DNA of 46,520 nt. It comes from Eremomyces bilateralis CBS 781.70 (lineage: Eukaryota). Of this stretch, positions 13,743 through 24,204 are shown one piece after another. A model generated the notes under the pieces. It saw nothing but the letters and a program-made list of their open reading frames with translations. It had not been told where the DNA came from and did not search any database. The stretch lies in the NCBI GenBank assembly GCA_010015585.1, contig ML975163.1; one strand, given 5' to 3'. Within the stretch, counting starts at the first letter, position 1. Each line of letters begins with the position of its first letter. The translations under genes and the position numbers were made by a program.

Positions 13743-13815
13743 AGGTCATGAATCGATCCTTTGTAGCCCTTCTGTAATGTATATACACATGTCCACTCTA
13801 TGATACATGTGAGCG

Positions 13816-14036
13816 TCCATCCCGGCTCACCAAAGTTTAATTTCAAAATCTCCGGCCTAAGCCCGAGTGTCCAGGTCCCATCGCCTGGCCTGAGTTTCAC
13901 TTCAAAGTGAGTTCAAACTCCCTAGCCCATATATTGGAGTACCTAGATCCCATCACTGGGCCTGAGTCTCATTTGAAACTCTCCAGCCATATACTCAAGT
14001 GTCAATGCCCAAGTCCCATTGTAGACCTAAGTCTAG
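13816..14036. repeat. Degenerate tandem repeat with 66-72 nt spacing between the convergent 3' ends of YME2 and the F-box/LRR gene
   Basis: tcccatcgcctggcctgagtttca (13876), tcccatcactgggcctgagtctca (13948) and tcccattgtagacctaagtcta (14014). Also aaactccctagcccatata versus aaactctccagccatata. Confidence 0.65.
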
Positions 14037-14171
14037 CCCTCTCTCGAACCTCAAAAGCAGATACGCCGAACCCCCCGAACGACGATTGCAATGCAGAAAC
14101 TAAAAAAACGAACACGAGTAAGCTGGCCTTCTAAATGGAAAACTCGCTTATCGTACACGGCACTTCCATTC

Positions 14172-16193
14172 CTACCATGCGTAACCATCGTCATCGATGT
14201 CCTGTCCGTTCCAGTCTCCGTCGTCATCTTCACCTTCCGAAAGGAAATCCCGTTCAGTGTACTGATGTCGCGCGGGCCGCAGACCGTGGACCGTGATATC
14301 GACGCGTGTGCATGTCCCTTCCGCTTGGTCGTCATTTGCTGCGGCAGGCTGCCCATTGACGGCCGTCATCGGCCTCAATTTCCGCTTCGACAACATCTCT
14401 CCCATCTCCTCGAGCGGCCCTCGTAGGAACTGTTGCTCTTTCCATGCGTAAAAACCGGCCACCGACCTCAGCTCTTGACGTGGTTCGGCGCGAGAAAGGA
14501 AACTGTGCCGCATTTTGTTCTCGACCCAATCCCGCTTGAACTGCGCTCGTTCGCGGGGCGTCAGTTCCGTACAGTTCATATGGAGAACGAGCTCCCGGAG
14601 GTTGGGCATCTGGCTCCGTCGATCGAGAAAGGATTGAAAGAGATTGATCGCGGAAATGGTCGTTACGCCTTTCAAATTTACCATCGCGATCGAGCGGATG
14701 GCCGGCGGGAATGCGACAGTCCAGTCCAGTCCTGAGGAATCAATCCAGTCCGGGGACCCTATCATGTGGTCTCCGCGGTATTCAAACAGGTCAATGGAGA
14801 ACTTTTTCAGTTTGGGGCAGTATCGATCAAGTCCTTGGATGAAACCAAGGCCCAACTCCTTGTTGTGGTATAGTTCGAGGGACTCCAGAGTCCTGCCATT
14901 GTCCATTAAGAACTGGTTGAGATGGGGGGTTGACAGATCCGTGCAGGAGGAAAACTCGACTGATGTGAGATTCTTTTCATACTGTGTCAGGAGTTTGCCG
15001 TTGATATCATGATGAACGGAATTCGGATACCAGATGAGGGCGGAATCGACGAATCTCAAGGACTTCAACTTGGGTTGCTGGCGGATGAAGTCCCGCAAGA
15101 TTTCCACGTGCACCTGCCGCTCTGGAGGTTCTGTTTCAGGGTCCCTCCTGAGGAGGACATGGGCGTTGGCATTGTGGATAACCAGTTCTTCGAGAGATCC
15201 CAAAGCCCTTGCTCCTTCGGCCCACAACATAAAGTTGAAGAACCCCGCGCGGTTTATCAAATCGATGTCCAGCGTAAATTCTTTCAACGTGGATTTCAGT
15301 TCATCCAACGCTGGCTGCACCCACCTCTCCAATACCACTCCAAGACCTGTGGTGTTCACCATGGTTCGAAGATAGTCCACATGCAGTCCAGTCAGATTTG
15401 TGAGCGGCCCGGTGAGAGAGGGCAGTTGGAATCGGCCACGTCCGGGAGCGGAGAGAATCAAGTGCTGTTTGGCATCGAGGTGGAGATATCGTATTTTCGC
15501 CCGATAGTCCACGGCAGTCTCATTCGGGTCCTTCACCAAAAGGTCGGCGAGAAGATGCGGTTTTGCGCGCGATCCGGAAATAGGGGGGTCTTCATACAGC
15601 GCCGTCAGCGCTGGCTCTTTGAAACTTTTGCACATGGTTGCCATATTGATAAGCCATTTCACCCCGTCTGTGGCTCGCAAAGTTTTCTTGTCGATGAGAG
15701 GGTACGCGGCGAGCTTGAAGATCTCCACCCTAATCTCATAGGGAAACTCAGCGAGCTGGAATCCAGTCATATTTGAGTTGCCTTTGTCTTGAGGCGGCTT
15801 GAGCTGGTCCAGCTCCATCCGTTTTGATTTCTTTGGCTTGCTGGAGTGAATGCGAGAGACGCCCTGTTTGATGCTTGCAGGTCGGGTGCGTATGGCAATG
15901 CTTGGAGACTTCCGTTTTCTCTTCTTTGACAAATGGCTCTTCTCTGGCCTGAATGATGTCTCCGCATCGAAGTTCTCCTTTTCTAACTTAGTTCCATGTC
16001 CGGTCAGAGCTGTTTCGGTTCGAGATCTAGTTAGTGGTCGTGTGGGGGTTTCGAGATTTCGTGAGCTAGGTTGGAGACGCCCAGAAGATGTGCTATTCGC
16101 CATGGGAGTGGCCAGGTAGGCATCGACGACATCATCGTCGTCGCTGGGTTCTGTATATGATACCCGTTGCCTTTTCCTCAATCGCTGCGCCAT
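14172..16193 (-). CDS. F-box-like / RNI-type leucine-rich repeat protein (673 aa, intronless), probably nuclear
   Basis: Long ORF with a basic NLS-like N-terminus (KKRKRK), an F-box-like segment LAEFPYEIRVEIFKLA...MCKSF, LxxLxL repeats (LEELVI, LKSLRF, LESLEL, LRELVL) and an acidic tail. Confidence 0.8.
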   Translation of the reverse strand: MAQRLRKRQRVSYTEPSDDDDVVDAYLATPMANSTSSGRLQPSSRNLETPTRPLTRSRTETALTGHGTKLEKENFDAETSFRPEKSHLSKKRKRKSPSIAIRTRPASIKQGVSRIHSSKPKKSKRMELDQLKPPQDKGNSNMTGFQLAEFPYEIRVEIFKLAAYPLIDKKTLRATDGVKWLINMATMCKSFKEPALTALYEDPPISGSRAKPHLLADLLVKDPNETAVDYRAKIRYLHLDAKQHLILSAPGRGRFQLPSLTGPLTNLTGLHVDYLRTMVNTTGLGVVLERWVQPALDELKSTLKEFTLDIDLINRAGFFNFMLWAEGARALGSLEELVIHNANAHVLLRRDPETEPPERQVHVEILRDFIRQQPKLKSLRFVDSALIWYPNSVHHDINGKLLTQYEKNLTSVEFSSCTDLSTPHLNQFLMDNGRTLESLELYHNKELGLGFIQGLDRYCPKLKKFSIDLFEYRGDHMIGSPDWIDSSGLDWTVAFPPAIRSIAMVNLKGVTTISAINLFQSFLDRRSQMPNLRELVLHMNCTELTPRERAQFKRDWVENKMRHSFLSRAEPRQELRSVAGFYAWKEQQFLRGPLEEMGEMLSKRKLRPMTAVNGQPAAANDDQAEGTCTRVDITVHGLRPARHQYTERDFLSEGEDDDGDWNGQDIDDDGYAW

Positions 16194-18015
16194 GAGCTTC
16201 TATTCTTTTTTCCCCAGGCAACACAGCCAGGAGCATTGGCAGTATCTACAGTTACCTCTATAAGCGTGCAAGTGCTATTCATATAGAGTCTATAGCTAGG
16301 CAATGTTGCATAGGGTATATTGTGATGAGTTATGAGTGTCGTGAGAATCGGATAGCTGTCAGCTGGAGGATTATGACTGGGTGAGGTCATTCGGCTATAT
16401 CTCGGAAATTGATTAGATCACGTGCTAGGCACCAAGGAGTTTATACCTCAGGCATCTATAGTACCAAACAATGCCTAACAGTCCGACCCAGATGGATTTC
16501 TACAGAATACACCCGGAAAACAGGGATGACTTGTGCTTCATTTTGATCTCAATCCGTTATTTTTCGTTCTGGAATGATATATCTATTATCATTTGCCTCA
16601 ATTGCCATTGCTATATGTACGTGCTAGGTCGAAGACAACTTGGTTATAGCCAAGGATCGGCATCTGCCAGCACTGTTCCCACTGGTTCATTGCCTGAGAA
16701 CACTTTTCACGAGGCCGAGCGGGTGGGGTATTATGTTTCCTTTGATTTACCAGGGAGGAAAACGGGTTCGAAATCCCTCGTGAGTATCTATAATGGTGCT
16801 CGTTGGTGATACAACCAGTCCTCCTATCTCTGTTGGATACATCGAGGGAACGAGGATTCTATGCTGGCAACTCCATTGGGATTTATCTTACATATACTCG
16901 TACTTGCTTGTGATTGAGTAAATTTCGATACAAGTTTTGATGTGCACTCCTAATTTAATAACATAGCTATACTTCGCGGCGCGAACACTGGATCGGTTTT
17001 CTCAAGGGAAGGGGTGGGCAACCAAAAGGCGGAATGGCTGTGTATCCAACTACGATGATATTTCGAAGTTTGACAATTCGAAGTGGTTTGCGAAGAGGCA
17101 CAGGGCGTCCATTTCATGATCCAATGGCATAATGTGAATCATGGGAATATGAGGGGACGACACGGTTCGACGGGCAATCATACAGACATTGGAAGGGCTG
17201 ACACCTTTTGCAGATCAGAACGGTCCACAACGGCCAGCGAACATAGCCAAATAAAAATGAATTTTATTCCTACTTCACATCAGTTCTTTGAACTTTACAA
17301 CGCCAGAGCGTTCTGGACCACTCTCAGCCGATCTGGAGAGCAATAATACATTAACGCAAAGTCACAATCCCGCTCTCCGGAGCATAATGATAAGCTGCCA
17401 CAGAAGAAACGGCACAACCGGACTCGAAAATAAGAATATCCCGGTTCCGGCGTTTGAGAAGCCAGAACGGGTCATGAAACCGGCCAACCGCGCCGGCGAA
17501 CTGGAAACGCGTCGACTCCGACACATACCACCACCGATCCATCCACCAAATGTAAATAGCCAAATCGAAAAACTGTAGAAAAAAATAAGGCAAAAAACAT
17601 GGAATCCCAGAACCGTGATCTATGTATCGAGTTCGGGCCGAAAGAAATGGACATCGTTGGGTCGTCATGTAGAACTTTCGGGGGGGTCGGGTGCCTTGTG
17701 GCAATGCAGATGTGGAAACAGCCAACCAACCGCACAGTGTCTATGGAATAGGTCAAGTAGCTGTGGTCGGGCTTGAAAATATCGATGCCGTGGAACGTTG
17801 GATCAGATAAGTCTCCGGCGTGATCGTATGTATAGAATGATATCGGATCGCTCCAGAGGTGTCGATATCCCAAAATCCAGATGGCAGGCCAGTAAGAAAT
17901 TATGATTAGTGGGGAGTCTATGTTTTTCCGTGGTCGTAAAGGTCGGCATCAGAGCAGACATTCATCGTGTGGACGAATGGTCCGCTCTCCGGTCGTGATC
18001 GATCAGCAACACAGT

Positions 18016-18579
18016 TTACGACCACCGTTTCTCTCCACCAATCTCTTTCAATCCACCGATCCGTTCCAAATCCAGCGACTGATACCGATCCGCATCCGAC
18101 TGCTGATACGGCGGCAGGTTCTCCTTATCGTTGACCGGCGCCATCCCAACGCTATTGGGCTTATCGCCAACCCGCACCACGACCACCCGGCCCGACTGGC
18201 GCTTGCCCTGCTTGTCCAGCTCGTCCGGCAAGGTGATACGAATCTCCGGGACCGGGCTCTGGGGTGGCGAGTTAGAACTGGCCATGAGGTTCTGCTTCTC
18301 CTGGATGACGTAGACGGACTCACGGCCGTATGGGGCGGCTTGGATGCTCAGGCCGCGAGGGTTCCGGGGGGTGAGGGGCTCTTCGGATATGGAACCAGTG
18401 CGGCGGGAGGAGGCGTTGCGGCGTCGGCGAACGCGGCGGAGGACGAAGAGGAGGCCGACGCAAAAGAGGGCGAAGACGAGGAGGGAGAGAAGGGCGATGA
18501 TGAGCTTCACCATCGTTGGGGTGAGAGTGGACTCGTTGCCGTCGTCACGGACGACGAGGGAGCGTTGAATAGCAGGCAT
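18016..18579 (-). CDS. Single-pass membrane protein (187 aa) with PxIxIT and LPPY motifs
   Basis: Hydrophobic stretch LIIALLSLLVFALFCVGLLFVL followed by RRVRRRR. Coding-like C/G third-position bias. Confidence 0.82.
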   Translation of the reverse strand: MPAIQRSLVVRDDGNESTLTPTMVKLIIALLSLLVFALFCVGLLFVLRRVRRRRNASSRRTGSISEEPLTPRNPRGLSIQAAPYGRESVYVIQEKQNLMASSNSPPQSPVPEIRITLPDELDKQGKRQSGRVVVVRVGDKPNSVGMAPVNDKENLPPYQQSDADRYQSLDLERIGGLKEIGGEKRWS

Positions 18580-18813
18580 TGCGATGTTTGGGATGTTATG
18601 TCCGATAAGGTATATTCCAGTACCGATACCAAATGTCGGTAATATCGGGATAAGGATGCAAATGAGCGTGGGTTGCTGTTGGATGTTTGAATAGAAATGC
18701 TTCGGGGGCTATTCGGACAATGCGTTGTTAATCGATGCTAGCATATGCTGCATACGATATGGAAAAACTGCTGGAGCAAAGTCGATAGTCGTGTTGTGGT
18801 ATGATATCAAGTC

Positions 18814-19013
18814 CTGTTCGCAGATAAGGGTCAGCATCATGTGCATATTGGACTCTAATTGACGTTATGATAGTCTTCGAGCAACAGCAAAGGGAATCGA
18901 ATGTCCCAAATCAAACAGCAAGTAGTAGAAAGCGATAAATGCGACTATCGTTGGTGTTGTTGCAGACCGTTGGTCCTTCTTACTTACGGAATGTAGCGTG
19001 GAGTTCGACTTAC
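18814..19013 (-). other. Probable 5'-UTR intron of the membrane-protein gene
   Basis: Donor aag|gtaagt at 19013 (second gtaagt at 18987), branch point gctgac near 18835 and acceptor aacag ending at 18814. Confidence 0.6.
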
Positions 19014-22000
19014 CTTTGGGCGCTGGATGAGGGCAAGTTAGGGCAAGACAAACAACAGATTGATTTGACTTCGTTCGGATTCGAAAAGAGCGATAGAAGT
19101 AAACGAGAGACGATCCGATACAACCAGCTGAAAGAGTGAAGCTGGAGTATGGAGGAAAGAATGTATCTGGTGGTGGTGGAGGAAGAGGAGAGATAGTGAA
19201 GGAGAGGAAACAAAAGGGTTGATGTTGGTCGAAGGGGAGACAAGACAGGCACAATGGAAAAGCAGCACGAGGAGAAGAACCAAGAAGAATACGACAGGAG
19301 TGGAGTTGGCTGCAGACGGTGACCGGTGAACAACTGGGCTCCCTCGAACAGGAGTGGTGTGTGCATCGCTGCGGCGGGTGTGCCTGGCAGAAGCGCTCAG
19401 GGCCTCCCCAGCCGCAAACAACCCAACAACCAACGAGCGAAGGAGTTGTCCTCTTTTGTGTCTTGGCTTCAAGGAGCAAGGCAGATCAACATTCAGTCCC
19501 CACACCGAAAACCGAGAAACCTTTCCACTGTGGGTGGGATAGCGTGGCGCCTTCGTTCAAAACGGTTAGCATGCGACGTTGCACGGATCGTCGGCGCGGG
19601 ACCGTTTGGTCAGCTAACCGTATTAGGAAATATTGAAGCCGGGATTGGAGATTGCGATTTCGTGATCGGACTCCAACGAACTGCTCCTTTTTGGCCGTTT
19701 TGTTGGAGAGCGCCTAAAAAGCACACAATGCGCAGGGGGATCTCGTGGACAGGTGGACTCATGGCTCTGGGACGTGGTTGATTCTGGAAATAAATCAACC
19801 TTGAGCGCAGGGTTGATTAATGATTAGAAGGCTTGGTTATCGATTCCATGTCCCGACCATGCGAAGTACGAAGCAATGGCGATAGGGAACGTGCCGTAGG
19901 AAATCCGATGCTAGTGTTTTCCAATCCCGCTCTGTCGTGCTTCACGAGACTTCACGACGGACTTCGTCTTCGCATCTTCTCATCTCATTCCCCGACGGAG
20001 AATTCGGGGTGGGTACAATTTTCCTGGGTACATAAAAAACCCTTGGCTCCTGAAAATAGGGTCTTGCTGAATCGTCAATGCACTGTCACGAACTGATGGG
20101 CTGGCGGGCTGAGCCTCGCTCGTATGAATGGACTCAAAGGGATGAGACGACGATGCAGGTTTGAACTTCGAATTCAATCATGTATATGTAGTTGACGATA
20201 TTATCCTTACCTGCACAAGCGGCGGACAACAGCTCCGCCAGTTTATCTACACTCTCCAGTCCCTTGAAGATAAGATCAGGTTCCCATTTCTCAGATCACC
20301 TTAATAAGTGGGGTTCTCCTGTGATGCCAGGCTCGTTTCGCCTTCTTCTCTTCTTCTCTTGCCTTGCTATCACTGCATTTTGAGAGGCTGGCGACCTACT
20401 TAGTTACTCGGCCTCTGACGCCAAATGTTACAGCCTTCGGAGTCTCGGAGGGCATGGCACTTCTATCTCGTGGTGGCTGGCCCAACGCGAGGCTAACTGA
20501 TGCCATCATGGCACATGGGTACCATAACCACCCCGAACTTCCTCCTGGAATCAAGAGAATAATTTCTCAGATGGTCGTCCGAGGTTTGCGGAAGGTTCTG
20601 GTCTTCCGGGCGAATGAATTGTCGAATGGGGGACGCTGAGAAGCATCGTCATCCTGGTGATCGCAGAGGAAGAAGGATGCCAGCCGCCAAATATCCAAAC
20701 TCACAAACACCATGATGGGAACTTAGGGGACTCAGGTATGACGATTGATGTCCCTTGGCAGATGCTCAACTTGTCGACATGACTATCATCATTTCCCTTC
20801 TCTTCACGATACGATGCATTCATAAGAACTCGCAAAGTTAGTACGCCCGAGACGGCCGACGCATACGAGGGGTTACTCGGGTAAGATACCTCCGTCGGGG
20901 TGATGGCATCCTATCCACAGTTTCCCAAAGCTGCGACGCGAATCCAGGCCCAAGCATCGGCGTCCTCGGTACCTAATAAATCCCCCGACAATCGCACGAT
21001 GGTGAAAAGTGTGAAAAATTGCTCTTTGATCTGGCGCTGGGATATCATAAGGAGGTCGTTCGGTGTCTTTCCATCCGAGTCTTCCATCATTTCCGATAGC
21101 AGCAACCTCCTTTTCAAATGAGCACCTCTCTAGCCTCACCACTAGACCGTAGATGTGGAAGATCGAACCATGATATTTACGGAATATCACATCCAGTGGT
21201 TTTGCTCCCGGGCGGCTGCAATGGACTACATGAGGGTACCAAGTACGAAGCCGGTGGTCATCCCGGACGGTATTTATGTCGTGTCGTGTGAAGTGTCACT
21301 TAGGCGTTGCCTGTCCCACGTCTCATCGTTGCCCACGCCGAATGCGTTACACATATATCGACTAACTCGCCCCTGGCCCGTCAAGTTCATGATGGATCCG
21401 GAGCTGTTGTACGGTCTCGGATTTATCTGATGAATAGGGTACCCGCAGAAAGACAATCCGCCAAAGGTGCGTCGTATCAACCCTGGAGATTGTTGCTAAA
21501 ATTATGATTAGCAACCCACCTGAGTACCCGAACACAGTCGTATAGACCCTAATTGATTGGCTAACATATGGTAACGTTACCATTTACCGTCTGACGGGAG
21601 GTATGGTAACGACTCCACCATTTGGCTGGTTTAGTCTCCGTTCTATTTCTGCCTATCCGGGGAAACTCTTTGCTTGTGGAGGCCTGGAGATGATTTGGGT
21701 TATCGATCAGATCAGTGCTAAGCATCACGAGGGATATCGACAATATTGTGAGTAATTATACAGGAATTCGAGGTTTATATCCTACCTGAATAGTATCCCA
21801 ACTTTCGCGCCTAAGCACATCGGTATGGATAGATGCCGGAGCGGATCTAGGAAAACCTCATCACCTGTACCGTATCTAACCAGCGATTCCCCTCTGCACT
21901 GCTGGTCGCTGATGGGCTTTGGATGGCTGGCTGCTGTGATAGTTCGGTTATGAAGAACGGTGCCTTGTCAAACCGCTCAACTATCTCTGTACTGGCCAAT

Positions 22001-24204
22001 GGGCCTTATTGAACCATGGCAAGACCGAAGGCACCAGCAGCTTTGGCCATCTACTCATGGGCCGCATCACGATCAAGGAAGCGAGTCTCTGGTTATCTGA
22101 CCACGGGACTTGCAGCTGTCGTGCGACCAAGTCGAGTGGACGTGACTGTTGGCGTTTGACAAAGCTAGAGTATGTAACGGCTTCTCATGTCATCTGAGGT
22201 CTGGCGAAGAAAAGTCTATTTGTTTGGCAAGTGAGGCCATGGGATACCGTTCCAGCAGTCGAGGAGACGAGCTATCAATTTGAAACTGCTCGCCTCAAGC
22301 GTTGGTGTTCTGAAACGCAGGTGACGGCGGGGTTTGTGCGCCGGAGGGCGTGATGAGCGCAGGAAGCAAGGCGGGGTGTGGTACGGATGGAAGAACGGCA
22401 CTAGCAGAGAAGCGTCCCATTATGTAGCTTCAGGTTTAGAGGATGGTACGAGCAGTAATTCAAAAATATGTCAGATCACTTGCGGTGAGCAAGGCAGAAG
22501 TAGGCATCCGATTGATCAACGATGGGGTCTGCGTGCCACGATGCAGTACTGTGATATCCTTCTGAATTTTGTGAACGAGGGGAATATGAACCGGGGGGTT
22601 GATTTGTTTCCAACCCGCTATTCGCTGGAGTAAGGGTTTGTTGAGGATCAAACATCTTGGATGTTACATTTATGTCCTAATAACAAAGGCACAAAATGCA
22701 AATGGCGTAGAGAGAGACAGCAATTAACGTGATAATCTCATAGTTAACTAAAGATATCCAGGAGATTGGAGACGCTAGAATTAGAGCCCACACCCTAGTT
22801 TCTAACGACTGTGGAGTGTGGAGTGTGGAGAATTGGATTGAATGTTGGCAGCTCTCCCGCCCAAAGACAGAAAAATGAGAGCCGGTTTCATAGTTTCAAG
22901 CCGCGAAACGACCAATTTGGGTGCCCCCCCGCGGCCTTCACTCTTTGGAACCTGGGGCCTGGACCCTTGGGGCTTGGACCCTTGGATCCTCCCCATAAAT
23001 CCACTCTATCACCGTAAATACGCCGCAAATAAGGCTTTAGTTAATGGCACTTAGAATTAACGACTCCAACCCCGCACCAGACTGTTCTTTGATCTTTCAG
23101 TTATTACCTACCTTAGCGGTTGGATGGTATTACCGCTTTACCAGTATTAGCAGAAGGGGATGATGGGGGATTGGGGAAGTGGAGTGTTTAGTGGACCGCC
23201 GTAACAACGAAGCCCAAATCCACCACCAACCATCGGATCTGATGTATCATCTTGAATTCGGCATTTCTTGATCTCTTGTGTTTCGCGAATCATCCCATCA
23301 GATCTCGCTCACGCCTTACCCAGTTCCTTTTCCTTTCTTTCCTTTCACACGCTCACCAGCTATTTCTCTTCTCCTACAACCAACTTCTCCACAGTGCCAG
23401 TCACCTTGAATATTCGCCTGGCGTGCCCTTCGTCACCTTCGACCTTGGTTCCTCCTCCCCCATCTTCCCATTCCACCACTTTCCCCGTCCTCCCCTCCCT
23501 TGCGTCGCGATAATTTGGATGGAATCCAAATCCTCCCTGCGGATGCGTTCCCCAACGGACGCGGTCCATCCAGCTATCCTTTTGTGATCCATGTAGAATA
23601 CGGTGCCCATTGAATGCGCGCGCCTTTGATCCTCGTCCTCATTGCGCCAAAAAAATACTCGCGCGGCCTTTTCCAAGGGATCAGCTCAACAGCCTGCGTT
23701 TCCGCTCAAAAACCTGCTCCTCGCCCACTGCCATTCCGCCATCGCATCTGCAACCCTTCTTCCCACTCTCGGATCCTCCGAATACATACCTCTCCTCTTG
23801 TTTTTGTATATTGCGCCCCGTACGGAGTAAGACGAGCGCTCTTAGCTGGCCTATATTGCCCCGCCAAACATACCGGTCGAATCTCCTGCCCTTTATTTTT
23901 TCCCCACGGAGAATCCAGCCTAGACGGGTGGCTTGACGATCGCCGAGTCGGGCCAAACCTGCGTTTGCCTTCCGCTTCAGCCCTGTCGATTCGCGGACGC
24001 GGTGACGCCTGGGAGGGAATTTCCAACCTTCCTAAAATTCAGCTTTCCCGTTGGGTAATCCCATCCCATTGCGGGTAGCGACTGACTTATAGTCCGATTG
24101 CTACTCTTCTCCTGCCTTGCTCCCTTCACTTTCTACTCTTTGCACCCAAATCCCGCGATTAATCCATTCATCCAGGCCAGGAAGTCTGGCATCAAGTATC
24201 CATA

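Noticed and set aside
20324..20735. Signal-peptide-like MPGSFRLLLFFSCLAITAF followed by a stop-interrupted frame and a gtatga donor-like site
   Set aside because: Four in-frame stops and no recognisable homology. It could be a pseudogene, but I cannot support that without blastx.
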